A DNA stretch of 63,164 nt, filler included, from Collodictyon triciliatum (Eukaryota), in the NCBI GenBank assembly GCA_043381765.1. It is 27 parts of 27 records of this genome, joined end to end, with 100 filler letters (N's around TTAATTAATTAA, not from the genome) between each part and the next. Parts side by side here need not be neighbours in the genome. Positions count along the whole stretch, not along the records: positions 46,878 to 49,135 come from JBHJMP010009231.1; positions 49,236 to 51,472 come from JBHJMP010009232.1; positions 51,573 to 53,809 come from JBHJMP010009233.1; positions 53,910 to 56,145 come from JBHJMP010009234.1; positions 56,246 to 58,486 come from JBHJMP010009235.1; positions 58,587 to 60,820 come from JBHJMP010009236.1; 21 more parts are not named here. The stretch is one strand, 5' to 3'. Of this stretch, positions 46,928 to 58,788 are shown in pieces; within the stretch, counting starts at the first letter, position 1, and each line of letters begins with the position of its first letter. The translations under genes were made by a program, and so were the position numbers. The notes under the pieces are model-generated. The model made no database searches, was not told the DNA's origin, and worked only from the letters and a program-made list of their open reading frames with translations.

Positions 46928-49135
46928 ATGGGTTTTTTCATTACAGAAGAAAAGGAACTACCGGAATTTTCCAATCAAGACGCAAACAAAATTTTGAAAG
47001 TAGATTCAAGCGGGCTTTATTTACAGTGGCTGCAGGAGACGACAGCACCGGCAGAGTTGCCTCCGCAAACAGTCAGCGCCCTTCTTACAACAAACGGATC
47101 AGTAGCTAGCTGGCTGCCATATACTAATAACACCAGCGCTTGGTTACGAAGCGATGGTACTTGGGTAAATGTCAGACAGGTTCCCACTAGTGGCGCAGCA
47201 AATGAAAATAGAGTGTTGGTAGCTAGCGGGGGTAGTTCAGTTTGGACACCCAATTTATTAGTTGATAGCACAAATGGTTTTGTGACTTGCCCTCTTACAT
47301 TTAATCTTTCACGGGTTTGCACAGCAGCAGAACCAAATTTATTATTTGGAGACAATACAACAACTCCGGCTGCTAGCCGAACAGGTATTTGGGGAACAGA
47401 TAATACTATTCGTTTTGGAACAGATGGAGCGCAAAGAGTTGTTATACAAAATGACGGGGTCACAATACCTGATGGAACACTAAGCATCCCAGGCATTCAT
47501 TTTGCCGGTGACACAGGGCCTTTAAATTCGGGTATCGTAAAAGCAACAGTCGGGTCTGATGTTGGTATCGGTTTCGTAGCAGCGGGTACACAAGTTTGCT
47601 CTGTAGTAGGTGGTAATATTAGATTGAGTGGTGCAAGCACAATTCGTAATAATGTCAGCAATCCATCGGCAAATATCCAATTCGTTGGCGGTACGGGCGG
47701 GGCGACCGGTTATATACAGTCGACATTTAGTGATTCTAGTACAGGAACAGTAGCAACTTACAGGTTGGGTAATGGCACAAACTGGACAGCTACTGAAACG
47801 GTTATGAGTAGATTAGTCGGAGGCACTGGAACGAATGAAATATTTGTAACAGAGCATGGAAACACATACTTTCGATTTTTAGGGGCAACAGGCACGGGGG
47901 CAACTTTGCCGACACGAGTTCAAAGGGTTGAAATTAATAATTCAGGTATGAGCATAACAGGCAATCTAGTTATGGCCGGAACTAGCGGCGGCATTGGTGT
48001 TTTACAAAATGCAATAGGTAATAATCCTAATTCAGGGTTGTATTCAACAACAAGCACTAATTCAGGCATTCGATTTTCAGACACTAATTCCAATGTTCGT
48101 GTTTTATGCAAAATATGAATGTGTTAGACTGTACCCAGCAATCTAATGAAGGTATTGTAAGTATAGAAGAGGGCCTATTATTGAAAAAAAACTTTCCGAA
48201 CGCCATTTTCGACCCAAGGTCACACAGCCAGTTCTATAACAACAACGACCCCTATGATGATAAGAGTTGATATAAACAATAATCAACCAGGCGCTATCAC
48301 TTTACCCTTTTTACAAAATAGATCAAATGGCCAACAACATATCATTATTCCTTTCAAAAGTTCTACTAATACAGGCACGTTCTTTATGTGGACTAGTAAT
48401 GCAGTAGGAGTTGAAATTCACATAATGAATAATTCAACGAGAACTGTTGTCTCAGGAACTTCACAATTTCAATTATTTGAAGGTGGGGTATACACTTGTG
48501 TATGGCATTGGATTTCTTCAACTACTGGAATTTGGTATGTTTGGATTGACGGAATACCACCTACTAGTGTTTCTGATCCGTTTGTAGTTGGTACAACTAT
48601 AGATTTTGTCTCCCAAAATTCAGGTGCTAGAATACAGGGAGTAAATTCAGGAGCAGCCTCTACTGTGGGTATGGTTATTAATCAGACATTAATTGCTAAC
48701 TTTACCGTGAATGATACCGAAGTTCAAAATACGCTACGATTGTTTAAAGCGCCGATTACCGATTTTATAATACACGACAGCGGAACGCACAATGTGAGTC
48801 GAAATTCACCAAATAAAATCGTATTGACAAAACAGTCATCGGGATCTTCAAATGCAGTAATTGTATTTCCAGTAAGTACTGATGTCCCGAATGGACTAGA
48901 AATTCAAGTATTTGTCTGGATGTTGCCAGGTAGAAATGGAACAGGTGTTCAGCAAATCAGATTTGATTCAGCCAGTCCAACAAATAACGCCTTTGTGCTC
49001 GGGTCTAGCGGCACAGGTATCGCACTTGGAGGCACAACGTACACTGTCACAGAAGGTACGATGTTTAAAGCTACTAATTTCCGTACAACGATAGGACGAT
49101 GGATGGTTGATTCAACTCGATTTAACTGTATTCAA
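46928..49135 (+). CDS. Virus/phage tail-fibre-like protein, intronless, split by two compensating frameshifts; 3' end missing
   Basis: G/T/S/N-rich beta-repeat sequence with fibre motifs: LPEFSNQDANKILKVDSSG..W, PNLLFGDN...TGIWGTDNTIRFGTDGAQRVVI and PDGTLSIPGIHFAGDT..NSGI...IGFVAAGTQV. ORFs 46928-48118 and 48254-49135 are in the same frame. Confidence 0.65.
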
Positions 49136-50221
49136 NNNNNNNNNNNNNNNNNNNNNNNNNNNNNNNNNNNNNNNNNNNNTTAATTAATTAANNNNNNNNN
49201 NNNNNNNNNNNNNNNNNNNNNNNNNNNNNNNNNNNTGGTTGCGGGCTTCGTGGTTCTGGGGCAGTTTGTGCTTACCTCGAAGGCGGACGTAGCAGCCGGC
49301 TCCGTGCAGGTTCTGCTCCTGGGCTCTCTTTGATTGGCGGATCGGTGTGGCCGAGGGGTCTTGGTCGAGTTGTGTACTCCATTCTTGCGCGTTTGACTGT
49401 GTGTTGTTCCCGACAAGATCGAAGAGCTTTTATTTTAGTATCCTTTAGTATCCTTTAATATAAAGTCACTCCAATCAAATCAATCTGCACACCGCCTCGG
49501 CCTCTCCTGTCTGCCTCCCTTACCTACTCCGCACGTCTCTGCAGTTATTACCACACTGTTAATTGTTTGCCGAATATTTTTCGCCAAAAAAAGAAATAAA
49601 AAGGGATTCTGCGTAGTCATGACAAATAAATTGTCGGTTATCCCCATTTGGTATGATAGAACAAACGGAGGCAAGAAGCGAGTCAACTACTTTTGTCGCC
49701 TTCCACAATGCGATCCATAGCCTCCAAACCACCAAGTCAAACACACGCTATCCAGAGTTAGTATGGGTGGAGCCGCGTCGAANNNNNNNNNNNNNNNNNN
49801 NNNNNNNNNNNNNNNNNNNNNNNNNNNNNNNNNNNNNNNNNNNNNNNNNNNNNNNNNNNNNNNNNNNNNNNNNNNNNNNNNNNNNNNNNNNNNNNNNNNN
49901 NNNNNNNNNNNNNNNNNNNNNNNNNNNNNNNNNNNNNNNNNNNNNNNNNNNNNNNNNNNNNNNNNNNNNNNNNNNNNNNNNNNNNNNNNNNNNNNNNNNN
50001 NNNNNNNNNNNNNNNNNNNNNNNNNNNNNNNNNNNNNNNNNNNNNNNNNNNNNNNNNNNNNNNNNNNNNNNNNNNNNNNNNNNNNNNNNNNNNNNNNNNN
50101 NNNNNNNNNNNNNNNNNNNNNNNNNNNNNNNNNNNNNNNNNNNNNNNNNNNNNNNNNNNNNNNNNNNNNNNNNNNNNNNNNNNNNNNNNNNNNNNNNNNN
50201 NNGGTTTCGCGACGACGTTAA

Positions 50222-51041
50222 TTGTATTGCTTCTCTCTCTTTCTACTTTATTTCTGTGGGATTTGCGACACGCAGGTCCGTCGCCCTCGGGCAGGATCTG
50301 CTCAAAAGGTCCAGACGAGCAAATCCACCTCAATCCCAACACAGAAACCCACACCGGACTTACCTGGCCCGATAGCGAAAAAGATACAGCCCGCCCCACA
50401 TGAAACTGATCGAGGCAACCAAACTGCCGCCAAACAGGACACAGGAAAGACTCCTCCAAAATCTTTGATTGCAGAAACTAAAGACTACAGCCAGGAAACC
50501 AGGAAACAAGAGCTTGACGCCAAAGTATCGACCGAATCAAATATCACAGAGACTAAAGTGCCGGGCCTGGTTATAACACAGGAAAAGCCATCCAGCGAAG
50601 ACGACCGTGCTAACGAGGCGAGAAATGCACGGGAAGAAACTATCGCAACAGAGCCTGAAAATCAACAACTTGACTATGGAATTGATGGAGTTATCTCACC
50701 TAAGGGCAAGTTAAGGCTGGTTGCTTCGGTCTCACAATCCAGAGGAATGGAAGAAGATAGGAATATACGCATATTCATATCTTCTACGTTCGCCGATATG
50801 CAAGGAGATAGAAATGCTTTGTTCTTGCATACATTCCCGCTCATACGCGATATGTGTTTGAGAAGAGGTGTAACGGTTACTGAGGTGTTATATATATATA
50901 TATCTAAATAACTCAGAAATTTTATCAAAATTCAAATGTCCCTACCCATGTCGAAAATGTATGTATTCATCTGATCTAATCGAATGCTCTCAGGTAGATT
51001 TACGCTGGGGAATAACTTTGGAAGAATCCGAGAACGGAAAG
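50222..51041 (+). CDS. DUF4062-domain protein (NPHP3/TEP1/NWD-type STAND NTPase N-terminus), partial
   Basis: RNIRIFISSTFADMQGDRNALFLHTFPLIRDMCLRRGVTVTE|VDLRWGITLEESENGK. It is preceded by a long disordered region and an internal N-gap (49783-50202). Confidence 0.85.
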
Positions 51042-51096
51042 GTGATTGCATCTATTCAAAAGCTATGAATCGTTCTGAGCACAAATTCAATGGTCA

Positions 51097-51472
51097 AAAT
51101 GTAAAAAATGTAAAAAAAAATGTAAAAAAAATAATGTAAAAAAATAATGTAAAAAAATAATGTAAAAAAATAATGTAAAAAAATAATGTAAAAAAATAAT
51201 GTAAAAAAATGTAAAAAAAATGTAAAAAAAATGTAAAAAAAATGTAAAAAAAATGTAAAAAAATGTAAAAAAAATGTAAAAAAAATGTAAAAAAAATGTA
51301 AAAAAAATGTAAAAAAATGTAAAAAAATGTAAAAATGTCACCATCCTGCACAAAATTGAAAGGAAGAATAAAAAAAATGTAAAAATGTAAAAATGTAAAA
51401 ATGTAAAAATGTAAAAATGTAAAAATGTAAAAATGTAAAAATGTAAAAATGTAAAAATGTAAAAATGTAAAA
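51097..51472 (+). repeat. Degenerate (A)nTGT microsatellite
   Basis: AAAAATGT, AAAAAAATGT and AAAAAATAATGT units; intronic. Confidence 0.9.
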
Positions 51473-52597
51473 NNNNNNNNNNNNNNNNNNNNNNNNNNNN
51501 NNNNNNNNNNNNNNNNTTAATTAATTAANNNNNNNNNNNNNNNNNNNNNNNNNNNNNNNNNNNNNNNNNNNNTTTCTTTTTCTTCTTTTCTTTTTCTTCT
51601 TTTCTTTTTCTTCTTTTCTTTTTCTTCTTTTCTTTTTCTTCTTTTCTTTTTCTTCTTTTCTTTTTCTTTTTTTCTTTTTCTTTTTTTCTTTTTCTTTTTT
51701 TCTTTTTCTTTTTCTTTTTTTCTTTTTCTTTTTTTCTTTTTCTTTTTTCTTTTTCTTTTTTTCTTTTTCTTTTTCTTTTTCTTTTTTCTTTTTCTTTTTT
51801 CTTTTTCTTTTCTTTTTCTCTTTTTCTTTTCTTTTTTCTTTTTTTCTTTTTTCCTTCCTTTTCTTTTTTCTTTTCTTTTCTTTTTTTTTTCCTTTTAAAA
51901 GCAGCAAAGCATCACTCCTTCCTTGTTCAATTGTCAGTATGTCTAACGTCAAAGAGCGATTATCTAAACCAGAGGAGTCATCTTACACACATACCTACAC
52001 GTTACATATCAGCTGTACTTCAGTTATCGCCTTGGTCTTCACACATTTTTTCTTAGCATAGAAATGAATCTTAATTTTGTTGCTACCACTTGAAGCATCA
52101 TGATTTCTGCCGCTTACATATGAATCATACAGAACTCATGACCTTCTCGTATCCGATGATATCAAAACACAAGCATAAAAAAGCCTCCTTATGATGCAAA
52201 TCTGCACTTCCTTCGCAATAAAAAAAAAAAAGGCAGTGTATAAAGGAATGTCCATGACTGCAGAAGCACACAATTTAAATTCACAACAAATGAACGGCAA
52301 CCGATGCGACAATATCTCCTCACTCAACATGCCTATCATCACAACGATGCCGCATCGCAAGAAAATTGAGCCAGAACTGGGTAAAGCTGTGTGTGCGGCT
52401 GCTAATTGTGTAATGCCATATGATAAATGAAAATAATAAACATGCAAAGTGACCATAAATATTATCTGAACTCGGAAATATTCCATTTGTTGGTAACGCT
52501 ACTTGTTTGTAATGATTCATACATCAGCAGACTTCTGGCTATTAAATGAAACGCTTTGCGACGGGCCTGCATGCAAGATTGTCTGTTTGCCAATTTC

Positions 52598-53472
52598 ATA
52601 ATTTATTTTATTTTCTATTTTTGCAAAATGGTGGAGATGTTGACTTTGGTTCGCTAGTCATCGTTTGCATGAACGCTACTTAGTGGCCGGGTGGCAGAGA
52701 AGTAGTCGGTAATCGGGAATTGCATCCTGCGGTTTGGCCTGTAGCCTGGGTCTTGTGCCTGCGTGAGAGATACAAGGCGAGGTTTAACATCTTTCTCAGC
52801 TTCTTTCCACATGTCTCTTCTCACGGGGTCTGAGTAGTAGAGAACGTGCAGGTGGCGAAGAAAGCTATTGAGGAAAGAGATTTGTATGATGTCATTCAGC
52901 CTGTTATCAGGAATGGGTGACTGGTTGTTGAGTCTTGCTTTGCGTGAGTATATGCGCGCTATCCACATAGTCCATAGCAAATGGCCTCGCGTCACTGCCC
53001 AGAATTTTTTTGCATCTGGATGCAGCTGTTGTAGAGGCCCAAATATCGCCTGGATTGGGCAAACATCCGCAGCCGTCTTGAGTGTCAGTCAAAGAATCTC
53101 ACTGGCTGTTTCGCGCAGATTTCGAGAGAAGGGACATTGCACAAATGTGTGCTCAATGGATTCATCACGGTTGCTGCAAAGTGTGGATTGTTGGGAGACT
53201 TTGCCAGCTTTTGCCAAGCGTGTGCCTATCCATAGCTCCTATTGGTGATATTAAGCATTAGAGCGGTGACTTGGAAGGACTTGCGGGATTTGTGCTTGTC
53301 TCCAGCTCGCGGTGAGCGGGGTGTGGGTGATGCCCAGTGTTTCTCCCCACCGTTGATATTTTGACATTTTGTAAGGATTCGGGCTGATGATTTTATATCG
53401 AAAGAATTTGGAGTAGGCCATAGCCATCGAGAACTGAGTAGACTGCGCACCGTTAGACGAGCATGCGTTCAT
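52598..53472 (-). mobile_element. 5'-truncated, degenerate L1/Tx1-like LINE: zf-RVT zinc knuckle, C-terminus and A-rich 3' tail
   Basis: ELWIGTRLAKAGKVSQQSTLCSNRDESIEHTFVQCPFS...GHLLWTMWIARIYSRK, matching the CxxC..ES.EH.F..CP and W..W..R motifs. In-frame stops upstream. Stop at 52654-52656 is followed by AAAAATAGAAAAATAAAATAAA. Confidence 0.8.
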
Positions 53473-54343
53473 GAGGCGAAAAAAGAAAGAGACTGGATGT
53501 CGTAAGGGGTTAAAGCGTCCTCTATCTTTTGCTTTCTATCTTGTTTTGTTACCCACATTCCATACAATTCTCAATCACCAACGAAAATCCAAAATTAATG
53601 AATTTACTCCGCCCTCCCCTTTGTTGTCCGCTGATTCCTTCAAATTATTTTAAACGTTGCCAACACTTTTTATCCAGACTTTGAATAGAAGGATGAAAAA
53701 GAACTTTGTTGCTCTGTAAAAAACCTGCGGAACGAGTCAAATTTTTGACAACATAATTATATATTCCACATTTGAACAAAACATCTGCAAAGTGTCACCG
53801 CTATATCGGNNNNNNNNNNNNNNNNNNNNNNNNNNNNNNNNNNNNNNNNNNNNTTAATTAATTAANNNNNNNNNNNNNNNNNNNNNNNNNNNNNNNNNNN
53901 NNNNNNNNNATTTGTATTCTCATTTGTATTCTCATTTGTATTCTCATTTGTATTCTCATTTGTATTCTCATTTGTATTCTCATTTGTATTCTCATTTGTA
54001 TTCTCATTTGTATTCTCATTTATATTCTCATTTATATTCTCATTTATATTCTCATTTATATTCTCATTTATATTCTCATTTATATTCTCATTTGCTTTCT
54101 TATTTGTAATTTTTAATTCACCATAATATCACTTCATTAAAGTCAAATATTTGCCTGTATGTCCATTATCCTGGAATCCTTTTCCATATGGCTTTATATA
54201 TACTCTAGAATGTTTCTTTCTCTTATTGCTTATCATACTAATATTATTTCGTCAGTGTTTTGCTGTTTATCATTGTGCATCACTCTGTTATAATGCATGA
54301 TTTTTTTTGCACCCTTTCTTACAATATTTTATATTTTTTTCAA

Positions 54344-55893
54344 GGCCAAATTGGGATTTTCTCTATCGCAATGACATATTCGGCCCATCACGACTCTTCA
54401 ACGCTTTAGTAAATACTTTATGTATTCGCATGTACTTCTTTTGTAGCTGTGTATTATATTCACATATCTATCATCTCTTCTTTTTTACGGGGAATGAATC
54501 AACACTACAGTAATTGAATTTTTGATATCTCCATCACTGTAGTCATGTACCTGGATTGGCCATGCGTCATTATACTGCACAATCGATGGGACTGCTTTTC
54601 TCACCGACCCCGTCTGGAGCGAGAGATGCAGTCCAGTTCAGTTTGCTGGGCCTGCAAGGTTTAATCATATAGTATTTCCTTTCTACTTCTGATTTTTACT
54701 GTTTATATGAATTCGAAACAGAGTCCTGTATTATTTTTTAATTTTTTAATTTTTATTACCAGTGTCGTTGTTCTTACATATACCAAAATTTTGTTTCGAT
54801 CGATATATAAAGGTATGTACGTACTCCGTGCGAAATCTCAGAAATTCGGCAACTTGACTTTGTGCTTGTGAGTCACAACCATTATGACCACCTGGATTTA
54901 AGTACTGTCAAAGCTATTGGAAATAGATCTAAATGGGTTGTACCTCTTGGACTCAAGGTTCTTCTATTACTCAAATAAAAGCACTCATAAATTAGATTAT
55001 TCTACTGATTCAATATTTTTGCAAAGGCGACTGAATGTAGTAAAATTGTATTTGAACTGTCTCTCATTTAATTTGGTTTTTTTATATTTCAGTCATGGTT
55101 TCATGCTTCCGGCGTTGAAAATGTTGTAGAATTGGATTGGTGGGAGTCCTGCAAGATTAACGAAGAAGTTACGGTAAAAGACTATTATTGGAAAGATAAC
55201 TAACTATAAAAGCACTGGATGATAATATCTTTAAAATCTCGCATTACTTTAATGTCAATAATTAATTTACCTACTTTTTTCTTCCGTCATCTATATCGAT
55301 GATTTTAAGATGATTTTTATGGTAGTTTCTGAGAAACGGTGTATGAATCTTTTTAAAGAACTCAATCATTTTTGATGAAGTTTTCATCAAGTATGCAACA
55401 CTTCCAGTGAAAGCATCATCATTATTATTATTATTTGAATAAAGAGAACTATCAACCAATTTAATTATTTTTGAAGGTCACCGCTGTTCCGTGCCAGCAT
55501 TGGTCCAGACGGTCCGCGCTGGATAAAAATACAACTTTATGGTTTGTTGCTCCCTTGTACCATGATCGAATCTCCTTGTTTAAATTTAATGTAAGATATA
55601 TAATCACCTGCAAATCGTTTTCTTTTTTATTAGTATTATTTTTCCTTTCAATTTGTGCAAGATGGTGGAGGTTTTGGCTTTGATTTGGTGGCCACAGTCC
55701 CGCAACTCTTCTTTTTATATATTATTCAAATAGATTTTAATTTCTAAAGGGCGAGCTACGTTGTCACAGGACCGCAGCACAAAGCTTACTTCTCTGGAGA
55801 CACAGGATACTGTGAGGTATTTAGCGAAGTTGGTTCACTGTATGGTCCATTCGACCTTGCTATGCTCCCTATAGGTGCATATGAACCGAGATG
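54344..55893 (+). CDS. NAPEPLD: N-acyl-phosphatidylethanolamine phospholipase D (MBL-fold), internal exons
   Basis: TWIGHASLY...[20 protein letters not shown]|...[16 protein letters not shown]...[11 protein letters not shown]...[21 protein letters not shown]...LW|ASYVV...YFSGDTGYC...[16 protein letters not shown]. Confidence 0.93.
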
Positions 55894-56051
55894 GTCAGTC
55901 AGAACCAATTATGTTTATTGCCTTTTCAAATCTTTCAATTTTACCTGAACAGTCTTCATGCCTATATGATTTTATGAAAGTATACAGGATACTTTTGTGG
56001 TTTACTCGAGAATTTACATTAAACTTTCATCACGTGCCCTACTACTACTAC

Positions 56052-56145
<94 letters not shown>

Positions 56146-56413
56146 NNNNNNNNNNNNNNNNNNNNNNNNNNNNNNNNNNNNNNNNNNNNTTAATTAATTA
56201 ANNNNNNNNNNNNNNNNNNNNNNNNNNNNNNNNNNNNNNNNNNNNATCATTCATTCACAGGAAAAGTTAGTTCCATGAATAACAGACAAAAAAAAAAAAA
56301 AAAAAAGAATTTTCAAGCAAGAGGAAGAAAGGAAAGGAAAGGAAAGGATGCTGTTGGTTTCAGGGTACAAGGAGGCTGCTTCTTTTCCCTTCTTGTTTTC
56401 TGTCAAAGAGAAC

Positions 56414-56662
56414 CTGTGAACCAGCTCTCAAAAAGTCGGCAATCTTGGACATGGGCACAAAGTAGGCGATGTGGGGCTTCCCTGTGGGCGCGGTTCCCCA
56501 GTAGATGCGCAGATCGCGCTGGGCAAGGATTTCCTTCATCTTTTCCTCGCCAATGACCTCTGCAAGGTTCCTCGTGATGAAGGTGTGCTTTTGCTCAGGG
56601 GTGAGGTTGGAGTCGGTGGAAAGGGAGACAGCTTCAAGGCTTTGCGCAACTTGGTCGGCCAT
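56414..56662 (-). CDS. YARS1: Cytosolic tyrosyl-tRNA synthetase, first exon
   Basis: [65 protein letters not shown]. Confidence 0.92.
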
Positions 56663-57344
56663 GGCTTCAAGATTGGGTTCTGTACGACTTTTTATACAAG
56701 TAAGGTTAAGTACAGAAATAACAACTCGACGAAAAAAAAAAAAAGGAGCGATCTTCTTTCCGAGCGCCTATCCACTTCCTTATATCCGCAGGTTCAGTTG
56801 TGCTTCTTTCCCCCTGATCAGAGAACCCCTTGCCTCATGCGTTTTATGAAAGTACTGAGCTGGTCTCTATGAATAAAACCTATTTGGAGACGATTTCGAC
56901 GGTTCCTGTTTGTGTCTATTACATGTCTGACTGGCTTCTGCATGATACAGAGAGGCCAGGAAAGGTTTCAGTTCACTGGGCCACTGGACTCCTCTTATGA
57001 AGAATCTGCCAGCCTCTGGCACAGCATCCGCTTCCGATCTCATCCTCAGAAATGAACTAGCAGACTTGATCAAGCCGCGCAAGCTATGAAAAAAAAATAT
57101 TGGCCACAAAGACGCATTAAATAATGCGTTTTTATATATGTGGGATTTATGAATAAATATATTATATACGAGTATATAGATGATAAATTAGACGTAATAA
57201 CATATTTTTATGTAAATAAATCTGTAATACACATATTCAAGTTACAGCTCCCTCAACTGAATACAGACAGGAAGCTTCTGGATGATTCCGGAAGGTACGA
57301 GAATTGCTGCGATTTATACAGGGAACACCGAGCCCCACACGGGC

Positions 57345-58133
57345 GATGGCTGTGCCGCTCAGAAGCAAGACCCACATCCCAAACGCCTCCCGCGTCAGAG
57401 TGCATGATATCTCACATCCTTCATCCCACAGACAACAAAGCGCACCTTTAGGCTGGAGGCGCAGAGAGATGTCTGTCGACAAGCAGGAGAGACCTGGCGC
57501 AACTGAGGTAGTAACGAAGGACATACATGCTTTATATTACAAGGATAGATATGAGATGAAGAAAAAAAATATCTTGCCTCGTAGGGAGGTTACCTTCCTT
57601 GAGACACTCTTGCAAAAAAAAAAAAAAATAAGGGGGTTGGGAGAATTCATCCATTTAGCATTCTGTACGCCCCTCTACACCTCTGTGTGTTTTGAATGAC
57701 GACTTCGTAGGATGATGGTGGCTCGTCCCCCTGCTTGCCATCCTATGAATTGTGTCAACCAAATGATAGATGGGATCCAGCTGAAGAGCTCTTTTGACTT
57801 TCACTTAATCCTCTCACTCTCTTTTTTCCCCTACCTTGGAAATCCAAGCACCAAGGAGACGACTTGGAGGCTGAGCTCACTAGTTTTCTGCGAGACATCG
57901 ACCATGTTTCTATTGAACCCGTGCCTGCCACTGCATCAGAAGCATTCATTGGTCCAATTATCAAACCGCACGGCAATGAGATAGCACTGGACCCCAATAT
58001 CAGACAAAAAGCAAAATCGGCATTGATTGTGAAGGAGCTGGCTCGTGCACAGCCCGTTAGAGATGTTCAGACGGAGAAACCAAAAGAGGCAGCAACACTT
58101 CAGGAGGAGCCTGTGTTGTATGATAATCCTCCA
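57345..58133 (+). CDS. Hypothetical protein, 5' exons, divergent from TyrRS
   Basis: Open blocks MSVDKQERPGATE|...LEAELTSFLRDIDHVSIEPVP...VLYDNPP| bounded by GT donors. No domain recognised. Confidence 0.35.
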
Positions 58134-58587
58134 GTAAGTTTGCATTGATAATCTTATGTGTGCTTCAGAAAGGGGGTATTGGATTTTAAGTCCACAATTT
58201 AAAATCTACGCCACACCCCAATTCAAAACTAGGCTTTTACCCCCATCAATAATTGACTGAGAGATGTAATCCATGAATAAGATAAATAAATAAGTTAACT
58301 TGACACATAGGCTACTCAAAATCACCCCACCAGCCAATCAATAGGTAGTTGTATATTTCAATACTATAACAATACTATAACAATACTATAACAATAATAA
58401 TAACAATAATAATAACAATAATAATAACAATAATAATAACAATAATAATAACAATAATAATAACAATAATAATAACAATAATAATANNNNNNNNNNNNNN
58501 NNNNNNNNNNNNNNNNNNNNNNNNNNNNNNTTAATTAATTAANNNNNNNNNNNNNNNNNNNNNNNNNNNNNNNNNNNNNNNNNNNNA

Positions 58588-58647
<60 letters not shown>

Positions 58648-58667
58648 AAAAAAGAAAGAAAGAAAAA

Positions 58668-58743
<76 letters not shown>

Positions 58744-58788
58744 AAAAAAGAAAGAAAGAAAGAAAGAGATAGAAAGAGAGAAAGAGTA

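Noticed and set aside
51097-51472. (A)nTGT repeats as telomeric DNA
   Set aside because: Unit length is irregular, the array lies downstream of a splice donor inside a gene, and it has no G-rich telomere motif.
46878-53809. Apparent cluster of fibre gene, DUF4062 gene and LINE as a single island
   Set aside because: They lie on separate contigs placed side by side by length sorting, so the adjacency is artificial.
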